Positions 1 through 10,695 are shown, numbered from the stretch's first letter. The stretch is DNA of 32,000 nt from Wolbachia endosymbiont of Onchocerca ochengi (GCF_000306885.1 NC_018267.1:510001-542000), one strand, 5' to 3'. Notes: a model not told the origin generated them from the sequence alone. Numbers and translations: made by a program.

Positions 1-1380
1 CTTGATTTTGGTAAAGATTTCATTAATTTACGTGGAAATGGTATGGTAAATAATACACAGCTAGTATTTGATCTAAAAAGTAGCAACAAAAATAGAAGTT
101 TTACTTGGAATTTGACCGGAGATTTACCTGCTAAAATACTTAATTTTGGTGGTGGCTATGTCAATACAAACATAGAGTCAGTGATAAATCAAGATAAGAC
201 TGGGTATATTAATGGTAACGTGGATTTATCAGAGCTTGAATCGCATTCAAGCTACTTAGGGCGAAAAAATCATTTTGAGGATCACAATAAGATTTTATTT
301 TCTACAAGGTTAAAAGGAGCAGGTGAGTTACTAATAGATAAATTAGATGTCATAGGAAGTGGCTTGGATATAAAATTTAGCGGAAAATTAGAAAATGGGA
401 ATTTATATCTAAACTCTAGCAACTTCAAACTACCAGATAATAACTTGAGTGTAGAGATTGAATTAGGTAAAGGGAAAAATATCATAACTATCTATGGTGA
501 GAAAATGAACTTGGGTGATATCTTGGATTTGCTTGGCAAAGATAGTAATGGATTAAGCAGTGACATAGAAGTTGGTATGGATATTGATAACGTAGTTATG
601 AAAGAAGATATCATTATTAAAAATGTTAAGCTGAATTTAACTTGTACTAAAGGTGATTGCAGTGGAAGTCGATTTACAGGACAGTTTTTGAAAGATAATG
701 GTGATATACTAGCAGAGTATAGTGGAATAGGTCTTGAAATATATACGGATAATTCAGGCATACTTTTGCGTTCTTTAGGCATTAGTAAATCAATTAAAAA
801 TGGCAAATTATCTTTTTATCTATCTCCTCAGAGAAAGAGTGGAGACCATTATGGTATGTTATCCATTAGTAATTTCTACGTCAAAGATGCTCCACTACTT
901 ACTACTTTGTTGTCGATGTCTTCATTACCTGGTATTGTGAACGTCATAAAGAATGAAGGTGTATATTTTGATAAGTGTAACGTACCTTTTTCATACAAAG
1001 ATGGTACTATTGAGATTGAAGAGTCCTGGCTTGAAGGAGCAGAATTAGGCATTAGCACCAGTGGTAAGTTCGATATTAAAGATCATAAGTTTCAGGTTGA
1101 AGGACAAGTAATACCAGCGTACTCAATTAATAAATCTCTATTAAAAATTCCTATAATTGGAAAACTTCTTACTGGTGGAAAAAGTAGAGGAATTATTTCA
1201 ATAGACTATAAAGCAAGTGGTGATGATAAAAATAGTAATGTATCTGTTAACCCTATCTTTTCGTTAACTCCAAGCCTATTTAAGAGATTGTTGGAAGTGT
1301 TTGATCGTGCTATGACAAAAACTAACGAGGCTATCACCAGAGGCATAAAAGGCAGTCTAAAAAGGAAATTCACCTTCTAG
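1..1380 (+). CDS. AsmA-like / YhdP (DUF3971-type) C-terminal domain protein, 5' end truncated by window
   Basis: Frame 1 is open from base 1 (L D F G K D F I N L R G N G M V...) to the stop at 1380, so the ATG at 43 is probably internal. The beta-rich repetitive sequence and C-terminal 'GIISIDYKASGDDKNSNVSVNPIFSLTPSLFKRLLEVFD' resemble AsmA/YhdP C-terminal domains. Confidence 0.75.
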   Translation, partial: LDFGKDFINLRGNGMVNNTQLVFDLKSSNKNRSFTWNLTGDLPAKILNFGGGYVNTNIESVINQDKTGYINGNVDLSELESHSSYLGRKNHFEDHNKILFSTRLKGAGELLIDKLDVIGSGLDIKFSGKLENGNLYLNSSNFKLPDNNLSVEIELGKGKNIITIYGEKMNLGDILDLLGKDSNGLSSDIEVGMDIDNVVMKEDIIIKNVKLNLTCTKGDCSGSRFTGQFLKDNGDILAEYSGIGLEIYTDNSGILLRSLGISKSIKNGKLSFYLSPQRKSGDHYGMLSISNFYVKDAPLLTTLLSMSSLPGIVNVIKNEGVYFDKCNVPFSYKDGTIEIEESWLEGAELGISTSGKFDIKDHKFQVEGQVIPAYSINKSLLKIPIIGKLLTGGKSRGIISIDYKASGDDKNSNVSVNPIFSLTPSLFKRLLEVFDRAMTKTNEAITRGIKGSLKRKFTF

Positions 1381-1507
1381 GGTTATGAGACTAAAAAAAT
1401 GTTATTCTGTTATTGAAATATAGATAATAGATAATATGCTTATGCTCTACTTGAGTGCTCACATACGCTATAAAAAGAAGTATTTAAGCTCTATTTTTTA
1501 TTTTCCA

Positions 1508-2290
1508 TTAAGTATTACTCTTTGTCTTCTTTTCAATATACCTACACACTATAATAGATAGCTCGTACAGAATCAACATTGGTACTGCGAGCCCTACTTG
1601 GCTTAATACATCAGGTGGAGTTAGAACTGCAGCAATAATAAAAATTACCACTATTGCAATTCTGCGCTTATTTGATAAACTTTGCGTGGTAAGTAATCCA
1701 ACCCTAACCATTAATGTGAGTATGACTGGGATTTGAAATGCAGTGCCAAATGCGAACATAAATTGGAGAACAAGGTCTAAATATTCACTAACTGATGGCA
1801 TAAACTCTATTGGTATACCGAAAGGTTTGCCACTATGTTCAAAAGTAATAAAAAACCTCCAAGCTAAAGGAAATATATAGTAATAAACTACAGCGGCTCC
1901 CATTATAAATAAGACCGGTGTTGCAATTAAATATGGTAACAACACTGCCCTTTCGCTTTTGTATAAGCCAGGTGCTAAAAACATATAAAATTTCCATGCA
2001 AATATAGGGAAGGAAAGTAAAAGGGCACTCATTATAGCAACTTTAAGGTATACAAAAAATGCCTCTGTCAAGTCTGTATAGATTAGAGAAAAGCCATTGC
2101 TTCCTTTTGTAGCTTCTATTAGAGGCGTGAGCAAAAAATAGTATATATTTTCTTTAAAATAGTAACAAAAACCAAAAACAATAAGAAAAAACAGAAAACA
2201 AAAAATGACCTTTCTTCTAAGCTCTGCAAAATGCTCATAAAATGAAGTATATTTATTTTGGTTTTTATTATTCATACTCCATTGTAGCAC
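1508..2290 (-). CDS. tatC: Sec-independent (twin-arginine) translocase subunit TatC
   Basis: 260 aa, six predicted TM segments. TatC signatures include 'HFAELRRKVIFCF', 'YKSERAVLLPYLIATPVLFIMGAAVVYY', 'AFGTAFQIPVILTLMVRVG' and 'VVIFIIAAVLTPPDVLSQVGLAVPMLILYELSI'. Confidence 0.97.
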   Translation of the reverse strand: MLQWSMNNKNQNKYTSFYEHFAELRRKVIFCFLFFLIVFGFCYYFKENIYYFLLTPLIEATKGSNGFSLIYTDLTEAFFVYLKVAIMSALLLSFPIFAWKFYMFLAPGLYKSERAVLLPYLIATPVLFIMGAAVVYYYIFPLAWRFFITFEHSGKPFGIPIEFMPSVSEYLDLVLQFMFAFGTAFQIPVILTLMVRVGLLTTQSLSNKRRIAIVVIFIIAAVLTPPDVLSQVGLAVPMLILYELSIIVCRYIEKKTKSNT

Positions 2291-3258
2291 AATAACACTA
2301 TGTCTAACATCCTAAGTGAGAAGGCCCATTCGTTATCGTACCACGCTGCAACTCTGCATATGTCACCTGTGACATATGTACCGGCTAAGTCTACAATTGC
2401 ACTGTAAGGGTTGTGTACAAAGTCTATTGAAACTAGAGGTTCCTCGCATATGGAAAGTACATAATTTTCTGAATTCCTAAACATTCTATTTATTTCCTTA
2501 GCTGTTACTTTCTTGTCAGTTGTAAATTTAAAATCAACCATAGAAACATTGCTGACCGGAACTCTGATGGCAGTACCGTCTAGTTTTCCCTTTAATTCAG
2601 GAATGATATAACTAATTGTTTTTGCTGCTCCAGTTGTAGTTGGCACTATAGATAATCCACAAGCTCTTGCTCTCCGTGGATCTTTATGATTGCCATCAAG
2701 AATGTTCTGATCGTTTGTATAGGCATGTACAGTAGTCATAAAGCCACTTCTTATACCTAGGTTAGAGTGTAAAACCTGCACAATCGGAGCTAAACAATTT
2801 GTAGTGCAAGAACCTGCTGATATTACCTTATGCTCTTTTTTTAGCATATTGTTGTTCACACCATGAACTATAGTTACATCAGCATCTGAAACTGGAGCAG
2901 AGACAACTATTCTTTCTGCGTTATGCCTTATTGCTTCTACGCGCTTATTAAATGCACCCGTGCATTCAAGTACTACGTCAACATTCCAAGGAATATTTTC
3001 AGGACTTCGTTCTCTATATAAAGAAAACTTTCTGCCGTTTATAGAAATCCAGTTTTCAGAGTCACTAAAACCAACGTTACCGTTGAATTTACCATGAATA
3101 GAGTCATATTTAATCGAATGTGCATGTTGCTTAGCACTGAGTGACCCATTTACAGCTACAACTTCTATTTGTTCACTGTACTTTTCTATTTCAAAAATAG
3201 CACGTAATACACTTTTTCCTATTCTACCAAGGCCATTAATTCCTATATAAATTGTCAT
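2272..3258 (-). CDS. gap: Type I glyceraldehyde-3-phosphate dehydrogenase
   Basis: N-terminal Rossmann 'IGINGLGRIGKSVLRA', catalytic 'SAGSCTTNCLAP', 'TTVHAYTNDQNILDG', 'DPRRARA', C-terminal 'WYDNEWAFSLRMLD'. Confidence 0.96.
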   Translation of the reverse strand: MTIYIGINGLGRIGKSVLRAIFEIEKYSEQIEVVAVNGSLSAKQHAHSIKYDSIHGKFNGNVGFSDSENWISINGRKFSLYRERSPENIPWNVDVVLECTGAFNKRVEAIRHNAERIVVSAPVSDADVTIVHGVNNNMLKKEHKVISAGSCTTNCLAPIVQVLHSNLGIRSGFMTTVHAYTNDQNILDGNHKDPRRARACGLSIVPTTTGAAKTISYIIPELKGKLDGTAIRVPVSNVSMVDFKFTTDKKVTAKEINRMFRNSENYVLSICEEPLVSIDFVHNPYSAIVDLAGTYVTGDICRVAAWYDNEWAFSLRMLDIVLLCYNGV

Positions 3259-3616
3259 TTTTTATCTAAATAATTTAATTATAGAGAATATTGTTTGATA
3301 TTTCATTCTGCTATACAAGTTAGCCTGCAAATTGTAGCGCTTGCACACTAAAAAGTATATGATGCTGAAACTCGAGAAAAGAGAAAGATACGACTTCCAG
3401 GCTAAAATATATCTCTTGCATAGCTAACATATGGTAAGAAATTTTAAAGAGGAACATAGATGAGCATCGCAGAATACTTGCAATGTTTGAGCGAGTATAG
3501 CAAGTTTTGATAAAAAGTTACCTGCCGGGAAAAAGTAGGTTACATGATGGATCTAATAATAGAAGTGATATAGTTAAATATCTATTTAAAACAGGGAACC
3601 TCTATCTATCTGTTCT

Positions 3617-5437
3617 TTATTTTTCCCTTTTTGCACGTTTACGTTCATTAGGATCAAGGAATTTCTTACGTAAACGTATAGACTTTGGAGTTACTTCCAC
3701 TAATTCATCGTCATTTATATATGCTATCATTTCCTCTAAAGTCATTATTTTTGGCGGAGTAAGTTTTATAGCTTCATCACTGCCTGTAGCTCTTATATTT
3801 GTTAACTGTTTGCCTTTGAGTACATTTATCTCTAAGTCGTTATCACGATTATGCTGACCAATAATCATACCACAATATATTTTGTCTTGTGGCTTAATGA
3901 ATATAACTCCCCTATCTTGTAAATTAAAAATTGCATACGCCACAGCTTCACCTTTATCAATGGAAATTAATACCCCATTACGCCTTCCAGAAATTGAACC
4001 TTTATATGGAGCATAACCATGGAATGAACGATTTATTATACCAGTACCTCGAGAATCAGTCAAAAGTTCTCCTTGATAGCCAATTAATCCTCTTGATGGT
4101 ACTAGAAATGTTAATCTTGTTCTACTATTACCAGAAGGTCTAATATCAGTTACTTCACCTTTGCGGAAACTGAGTTTTTCCATGATAATTCCACTATACT
4201 CATCATTTACATCAATTACCACCTCCTCTATAGGTTCAAGTTTTTTACCATCTTCTTCTTTAAAGAAGACCCGAGGACGTGAAATAGAAAGTTCGAAGCC
4301 TTCTCTCCTCATATTTTCAATTAACACTCCAAGTTGTAGCTCACCACGTCCACCGACTTCAAATGCCTCACCACTTGATGTTGTAGTTACAGTAATTGCA
4401 ACATTTGTTTCTGCTTCTGCATATAAACGGTTTTTTATAACAGTTGAAGTAAGTTTTGTTCCCTCTTGTCCGGCGAAAGGGGAGTCATTAACGCTTATAG
4501 TAATTGCCATTGTTGGTGGGTCAACCGGAGTTGAGCTTATTGCAGTTGTAGCTTCCGGTGCTGCTATGGTGTCTGAGACTGAAGCTTTTTCAAGCCCTGC
4601 AATTGCAATTATGTCACCTGCTACAGCTTGCTCTACTGGAATGCGTTTTAAGCCAGAAAATGATAGTAACTTAATTAATCTTCCTCGTTCAACTACTTTA
4701 CCATCGAGATTAAATACCTTAAGGTCAGAGTTGACTTTCACGATCCCTTGGTAAATTTTCCCTGTCAATATTCTGCCAAGAAATTTATCAGATTCAAGTA
4801 AAGTGACTAGCATAGCGAAAGGTGCATTTTGGTTATAAACAAGAGGTTTTATATGATCTATAGCTGTTGAAAATAATGGGCTTAAATCTTTTCTCTCGTC
4901 AGAAAGTTTCTTAATACACCAGCCATTCCTACCAGAAGCATACAATACTGGAAAATCTAGTTGCTCATTGGTTGCGTCAAGATTAAAAAACAGTTCATAT
5001 ATTTCGTTTAATACTTTATTGATTTTGCTACTTGGTCGATCAACCTTATTAATTATCACAATTGGCTTTAAATTCGCTTTTAGCGCTTTTGACAACACAA
5101 ACTTAGTTTGCGGCATTGGACCTTCTACAGCATCAACCAGTAGTAGCACTCCATCTGCCATGCATAGTACTCTTTCTACTTCTCCACCAAAGTCTGCATG
5201 CCCTGGTGTATCAATAATGTTGATCTTCTCATTGCCCCACATTATTGATGTGCATTTTGCAAGTATTGTAATTCCGCGTTCACGCTCTTGATCGCCACTA
5301 TCCATAATTCGCTCTTGTACTTCTTGGTTCTCACGAAACATGCCACTTTGTTTTAACATGTTATCAAGTAAAGTAGTCTTGCCGTGGTCGACATGCGCAA
5401 TTATTGCGATATTACGAATCGATTTGAATGCATTCAT
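3617..5437 (-). CDS. typA: Ribosome-associated translational GTPase TypA/BipA
   Basis: 606 aa. G-motifs 'AHVDHGKTTLLD', 'DTPGHADFGGEVERVL' and 'NKVDRPSSK'. C-terminal 'SRGLIGYQGELLTDSRGTGIINRSFHGYAPYKG' is typical of TypA. Confidence 0.97.
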   Translation of the reverse strand: MNAFKSIRNIAIIAHVDHGKTTLLDNMLKQSGMFRENQEVQERIMDSGDQERERGITILAKCTSIMWGNEKINIIDTPGHADFGGEVERVLCMADGVLLLVDAVEGPMPQTKFVLSKALKANLKPIVIINKVDRPSSKINKVLNEIYELFFNLDATNEQLDFPVLYASGRNGWCIKKLSDERKDLSPLFSTAIDHIKPLVYNQNAPFAMLVTLLESDKFLGRILTGKIYQGIVKVNSDLKVFNLDGKVVERGRLIKLLSFSGLKRIPVEQAVAGDIIAIAGLEKASVSDTIAAPEATTAISSTPVDPPTMAITISVNDSPFAGQEGTKLTSTVIKNRLYAEAETNVAITVTTTSSGEAFEVGGRGELQLGVLIENMRREGFELSISRPRVFFKEEDGKKLEPIEEVVIDVNDEYSGIIMEKLSFRKGEVTDIRPSGNSRTRLTFLVPSRGLIGYQGELLTDSRGTGIINRSFHGYAPYKGSISGRRNGVLISIDKGEAVAYAIFNLQDRGVIFIKPQDKIYCGMIIGQHNRDNDLEINVLKGKQLTNIRATGSDEAIKLTPPKIMTLEEMIAYINDDELVEVTPKSIRLRKKFLDPNERKRAKREK

Positions 5438-5726
5438 TTCTTATCATTTTAAGTTTAATTTAGTAATAAGTATATATGTAATATATCTGGAGTAAATAAC
5501 CAAAGCTATGTAGAAGGAGATGCCATTCAAGTATCTGACAGATAACACACAAGGAAATTCAATAATTTATAAGGATTAATTTAAGTTAATAATTAAAAAA
5601 TTTATGAGTAAATCACGTATCTATAGTGATTATGGAAAACAGTAAAAATATAAGTAAAAGCTAATTTATTTAAAAAAATAGTGAGAGATTTTTATAAACG
5701 TACTACGATAAAAAATCAAACTCCAC

Positions 5727-6831
5727 TTAATTTTTATTAGTGAGCATGTTAACTATAAAACAATCTATATTACCATCAAAAACGGAGTTTATATTACCAA
5801 CTTCATATCCAGTCCTTAAATCTTTCACCATTTGATACGGATGCATAATGTATGACCTGATTTGATTGCCCCAACCTATGTTGCATTTTTTATCATAATC
5901 TTGAGCTGTTTTTTGTTCTTTTTTTTTCAGTTCAATTTTATATAAACGTCCTTTAAGTAGTTTTAATGCCTCATTTTTATTTTGATGTTGAGACCGGCTG
6001 TTTTGGCACTGAATTATAACACCTGTTGGAATATGCGTTATACGCACTGCACTTTCAGTTTTGTTTACATGCTGACCTCCTGCTCCTGAAGCGCGGTAAG
6101 TATCAATCCTTAAATCCTTTTCATCTACAGCAATATCAATTGAATCTTCTATTACCGGGGTAACTCCTACACTTGCAAAACTGGTATGGCGTTTACTGTT
6201 TGCATCAAATGGCGATATTCTGACCAATCTGTGAATACCACTTTCACTTTTTGCCCATCCATAAGCTTTTTCTCCAATGATCTTTATCGTTGTAGATTTT
6301 ATTCCGACTGATTCCCCTTCTAATTTTTCCACAATTTCGACTTTAAAGTCATGATAAATTTCAGCCCACCTTATATACATATTCATAAGCATTTCAGCCC
6401 AATCGTTGCTCTCTGTTCCTCCAGCTCCTGAGTGGATTTCTAAAAAGCAGTCATTAATATCTGCTTTACCAGTAAATAAAGATTCTGCTTCTTTACGCTT
6501 GATTAGTTTCTCTAGTTCTATTAGTTCATTTTCAACTTCAGAGAAAAATTCTTTATCATTCTCATTAATAGCAGATTTCATTAAGGTAACAACATCCTTG
6601 TAGTCACTTTCTAGCTTTAAAAATGACTCTACATCATTCTTGATTTTAGAGCGCTCTTTTAAAATTTTTTGAGCCTTTTGGTTATCTTGCCATAGATTAT
6701 CACCTGCAGCTTGAGATTCTAAATCTACAAGGCGTGACTTTAATTTCTCTATGTCAAAGACACCTCCTGATAACTGAAATGCTTTTAGCTAAGCTCTGGA
6801 AATGTTTAAAGATTTCTAAATGAGTTTTCAT
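5727..6831 (-). CDS. prfB: Peptide chain release factor 2, expressed by +1 programmed ribosomal frameshift: join(6831..6757, 6755..5727), 367 aa
   Basis: The downstream ORF has the RF2 features 'GGTESNDWAEMLMNMYIRWAE' and 'YRASGAGGQHVNKTESAVRITHIPTGVIIQCQNSRSQHQNK'. Reading upstream in the same frame gives '...DIEKLKSRLVDLESQAAGDNLWQDNQKAQKILKERSKIKNDVESF', matching the RF2 N-domain. A 25-codon zero-frame start ORF (MKTHLEIFKHFQSLAKSISVIRRCL, ATG at 6831..6829) ends at TGA 6756..6754 in the context AGG AGG TGT CTT TGA C. Confidence 0.93.
6754..6768 (-). promoter_or_regulatory. prfB programmed +1 frameshift element (internal SD-like AGGAGG, 3-nt spacer, CTT slippery codon, in-frame TGA, C at +4)
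   Basis: Minus strand reads 5'-AGGAGGTGTCTTTGAC-3', matching the architecture of the E. coli site AGGGGGTATCTTTGAC. Confidence 0.92.
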
Positions 6832-6985
6832 TACGCTTTAGGTTTTAGTATATTCACTATCAATAGCAATAACAGTACACAAAATAGAAATTTAACCATA
6901 TAATAGTTAATTTAAAACAATCTTATTATACTCTAATGTTTAAATGAATCAAGTATGTGTATTTATTGAGAAGTAAGGTAAAAAT

Positions 6986-8356
6986 ATGAATGTTGAAATA
7001 AATTCTCATTATGGCTTAGATAAAAAAGCTATTGATGACCTAATTGAATCACTTGATAACGAAAAGTTAGAAAATGCTCGTAAGATTGTAAAAACAATAG
7101 ATAGCATTCAGTTAGCATATTTTTTATCCACTTCAATCAGTGATCACAGAGAAAAACTAGTTAGTATTTTAGACCAACACTTGTTAAGTGATGCTTTAGT
7201 GCATGTAGTACCAGATTTACAAGTAGAAATCATAGAAACACTAGGAGTGAAAGATACCGCAGAGTTATTAATGCTTCTTAACGTAGAAGATATAGTAACC
7301 ATAGTCAAAGATTTAGATAGAAAGTCTATAAGAAACATACTTAACTACTTGCCTAGTACAACTCGAAAGCCAGTAGAGGAGTTATTATCGTATCCAGAAG
7401 AAAGTGCAGGAAGGTTGATACATAAAAATATGGTTATAGCTCCATATTATTGGACGATAAATGAACTAATAGAATTTTTGCGTAACTATAAAAAAATACC
7501 AGAAAAATTTCATCAAATCTTTATAATTAATTCAAAACTTGAACCTATAGGTAGTGTTAACTTAAGTAAGGTAATATTCAATTCAGGGCAAACAACAATA
7601 AAAGAGATAATGAGCCAAGATATAAAGATCATTAAAACTGGAGTGGATCAAGAGGAAGTAGCAAGAATATTTAAAGATTACTCTTTACTATCAGCTCCAG
7701 TAGTAAATAAGCGAGGTAAGATTATAGGTGTGATTTTAATCGAAGACGTCATAAAAGTTGTTCAACAAGAAACAGAGGAGGACGTACTTAAAATAAGCGG
7801 TGTATCTTCTAAAGCCGATATAAATGCTCCTATACATAAAACTATAATTCAAAGGTTACCTTGGTTATTATTTAATCTCTTAGCAGCAACACTATGTTCT
7901 ATAGTAGTTGGTTTTTTCGATAGTGTAATAGAAAGCTTTGTAGTACTCCCAATAATTATGCCAATAATTACATCGATGAGCGGAAACGCAGGATCTCAAA
8001 CAGTAACGTTAACCATCAGGGCAATCGCAACAAAACATTTAACTGAGCAAAATGCGAACAGAATACTGATAAAAGAGTTTTTGATAGGTTTGATAAATGG
8101 AATAATTCTATCTATTATTTCGCTTGTGGTATTAACAATAAGATTTCACACTTTTAAAGTGGAGATTATTTTTGTGGCTTCCATGGTTATGATGTCGACT
8201 ATTGCAACGTTTATTGGAACTTTCATTCCTATAATGCTCCATCGTTTAAAATCCGACCCTGCCGTTTCTTCTTCAATCCTAACATCAGCCACAACTGATA
8301 TTCTTTCAGCTTTTATATTTCTCAGTTTAGCTGCGTTTTTTCTGCTGAATAACTAA
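6986..8356 (+). CDS. mgtE: Magnesium transporter MgtE
   Basis: N-domain, CBS domain pair ('[44 protein letters not shown]') and TM domain with '[27 protein letters not shown]'. Confidence 0.96.
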   Translation: MNVEINSHYGLDKKAIDDLIESLDNEKLENARKIVKTIDSIQLAYFLSTSISDHREKLVSILDQHLLSDALVHVVPDLQVEIIETLGVKDTAELLMLLNVEDIVTIVKDLDRKSIRNILNYLPSTTRKPVEELLSYPEESAGRLIHKNMVIAPYYWTINELIEFLRNYKKIPEKFHQIFIINSKLEPIGSVNLSKVIFNSGQTTIKEIMSQDIKIIKTGVDQEEVARIFKDYSLLSAPVVNKRGKIIGVILIEDVIKVVQQETEEDVLKISGVSSKADINAPIHKTIIQRLPWLLFNLLAATLCSIVVGFFDSVIESFVVLPIIMPIITSMSGNAGSQTVTLTIRAIATKHLTEQNANRILIKEFLIGLINGIILSIISLVVLTIRFHTFKVEIIFVASMVMMSTIATFIGTFIPIMLHRLKSDPAVSSSILTSATTDILSAFIFLSLAAFFLLNN

Positions 8357-9351
8357 GTTTTTCTAAAGCAAACCTGATGTACAGCTTCAACTATATCTTC
8401 TATTCGCGGTAACGCTTTTTTTTCTAGGTTTGCAGCATAGGGTAAAGGAACATCTTTGCCAGTTACTCTTACAACTGGGGCATCAAGATAATCAAACCCA
8501 TGTTCCATAATAATGGCTGATAACTCTGCTCCTACTCCTGCAAACGGCCAACCCTCTTCTATACTCACTAATTTATTAGTCTTTTTAATAGAATTAATAA
8601 CAGTTTCAGTGTCAAATGGTCTTAAAGTTCTAAGATCAATAACTTCAGCTTCTATGCCTTCATTTAGAAGCAAATCTGCTGCATTTAAAGCATCCACTAA
8701 CTTTAACGAAAAAGCAGTGATAGTTACGTCTTTTCCTTTTCGGATAACAGCAGCTTTACCTATTTCAAGTAGATAATCTTTATTTGATAGCTCGGAATCA
8801 GAAACTTTGTGCTTATGTCCATAAGCGATCTCGTTTTCTAAAAATATTACTGGATCTGGATCACGAATTGCTGCTTTGAGCAAACCTCTACAATCGGAGG
8901 CAAAGTAGGGTGCTATCACTTTTAATCCTGGTACGTGCGAGTACCAAGATGCAAAGCATTGAGAATGTTGTGCAGCAACTCTCGCTGCAGCGCCATTTGG
9001 TCCACGAAATACTATAGAGCATCCAAGTTGCCCACCTGACATGTAATTTGTTTTTGCTGCAGAGTTCACGATTTGATCGATAGCCTGCATGGAAAAATTA
9101 AAAGTCATAAACTCAACTATTGGCTTGAGTCCAGCAAGTGCTGCTCCAACAGCAAGACCAGCAAATCCATGTTCAGTAATAGGTGTATCAATTACCCTAC
9201 TTTCTCCAAATTCTTTTAGCAACCCTTTTGTCACTTTATAGGCACCATCGTACTCTGCAATCTCTTCACCTATGATAAAAACATCATGATCGTTTTGCAT
9301 TTCTTCTCTGATTGCTGTGCATAAAGCTTCTCTAACGCTTAAAGTTGCCAT
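8353..9351 (-). CDS. pdhB: Pyruvate dehydrogenase E1 component beta subunit
   Basis: 332 aa. '[103 protein letters not shown]' is characteristic of alphaproteobacterial PdhB. Confidence 0.96.
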   Translation of the reverse strand: MATLSVREALCTAIREEMQNDHDVFIIGEEIAEYDGAYKVTKGLLKEFGESRVIDTPITEHGFAGLAVGAALAGLKPIVEFMTFNFSMQAIDQIVNSAAKTNYMSGGQLGCSIVFRGPNGAAARVAAQHSQCFASWYSHVPGLKVIAPYFASDCRGLLKAAIRDPDPVIFLENEIAYGHKHKVSDSELSNKDYLLEIGKAAVIRKGKDVTITAFSLKLVDALNAADLLLNEGIEAEVIDLRTLRPFDTETVINSIKKTNKLVSIEEGWPFAGVGAELSAIIMEHGFDYLDAPVVRVTGKDVPLPYAANLEKKALPRIEDIVEAVHQVCFRKT

Positions 9352-10503
9352 TTATAAACTTTTGTAGACTTTTACTAAGGTGACTATATCAAAATTACCA
9401 GGGCCTAGTAAAGTAGTATATTTCTATAGAGAAAGAGTTTTGTGCTATTTTTGCTCTATGGGTCATGTGTTTACAACAAGTTTACTCTTTATGCTATAGC
9501 TTTTTCTTCTATTAGTAATTTTTTCAATATGAACTTAACTCGATTTAGATATGCATTTGCCAGTAGCTCTGATCTGTACCTTCGTTAAGGTCAAAAGATC
9601 TGTTTTTCTTAATCTTTTATTTTAGTTTTTATTTTTTCTAATTTTTCTTATTAAAGTCTGCTTCTTTTTTTTAGTAGACACTCTATTTCATCTGAATGAT
9701 TAGATTATTGTGTGTAGCATGATGTAAAAGAGTTCATTCATGTTTCCGCTTGTTACGTTAAGACCTGTTTTGCTTTTTGCCTTGGATGGTATTAAATCTT
9801 CAGTTAGATAATCTATTAATTTTGCTGTTTTTTTCTTGGTCTTTTTCTCAAAAATCTATAAATGTTTTGCCGTTTATACTATAATGTACAAGTAATATAG
9901 GTTAAAACAACATTTCCAATCTTCGTCTTCTAGATCTGTTTGCCTCAATATATATTTCACTTTATCGTTATTACCATTACAGGATATAAACACTACATTG
10001 TATAGAGTGTTATGTAGTGAACATAAGGTTTTTATTGGTGATAAATATTTGTTTTGATCTTGTTGTGTCAATCAGCAGTGGTGTATGAAAAGGCTAAAAT
10101 TTATTTATATTTTATGCTTAACTTACACTGAAAAAAACTTGCTTATAAGTTTTTATATAAATAACATTACTTGAGCCTGAGTTTTGAGTTTCTATAGTAA
10201 ATATAGTTCTAACATTGTATATGTGAGCCGCTAGCTATTAACGTAGATGTTATAAGAGTTATAATTGTTAACAGAATAAGTGAGCCAGAAGCAATATACT
10301 AAGAATAGTACCCATCGCCTATTTTAACATAACTACAAGACCAACATAAACAACTTTTGAGGAGAATTGCCTTTTCTCTGTTTTCTTAATTCGCCTTTAT
10401 TTAAATCTGTTCTACTCTTGATTTTTTCCTGCAAAGAATTCTATAATTTTATTAATTTGTTGTGGTAGCAAGATCTAAAGGACTTTTCCTGTTTTTTTAT
10501 CTT

Positions 10504-10695
10504 TTATTTCAAAACTTGCTTTTTCCTTTGCGGGTATTTTACTTTATCCAAATAATCACTGTACGTAGCATGATATGAAACAGTCCATCCATTTTTATCT
10601 GTTAACGTTAAGATTTGTGTTACCCATTTCCTAATGTAAGCTTTGATTATAGTAGTATAATATATGAAGGAGTTCATTCTCTGGGGATGTTGCAT
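10504..10695 (-). pseudogene. Decayed gene fragment (63-codon open segment)
   Basis: Open segment with plausible non-simple composition (QILTLTDKNGWTVSYHATYSDYLDKVKYPQRKKQ). It lies in a roughly 2.7 kb region without intact genes, and part of it resembles a second broken segment near 9.66-9.77 kb. Confidence 0.4.

Noticed and set aside
282-1058. Three minus-strand ORFs opposite the AsmA-like gene
   Set aside because: These are antisense shadows of a long coding frame that runs through the whole region.
4161-4754. 197-aa + strand ORF antisense to typA
   Set aside because: It lies wholly inside the strongly supported typA. Its Ser/Thr/Val-rich composition is what the reverse complement of a conserved coding frame gives, and there is no family resemblance.
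3507-5291. Other + strand ORFs antisense to typA (3507..3857, 3931..4143, 4968..5291)
   Set aside because: These are short shadow ORFs opposite conserved GTPase sequence, with no independent support.
8353-8356. 4-bp convergent overlap of mgtE and pdhB stops
   Set aside because: Tail-to-tail overlap of stop codons (TAA/TAG sharing bases) is ordinary in compact bacterial genomes.
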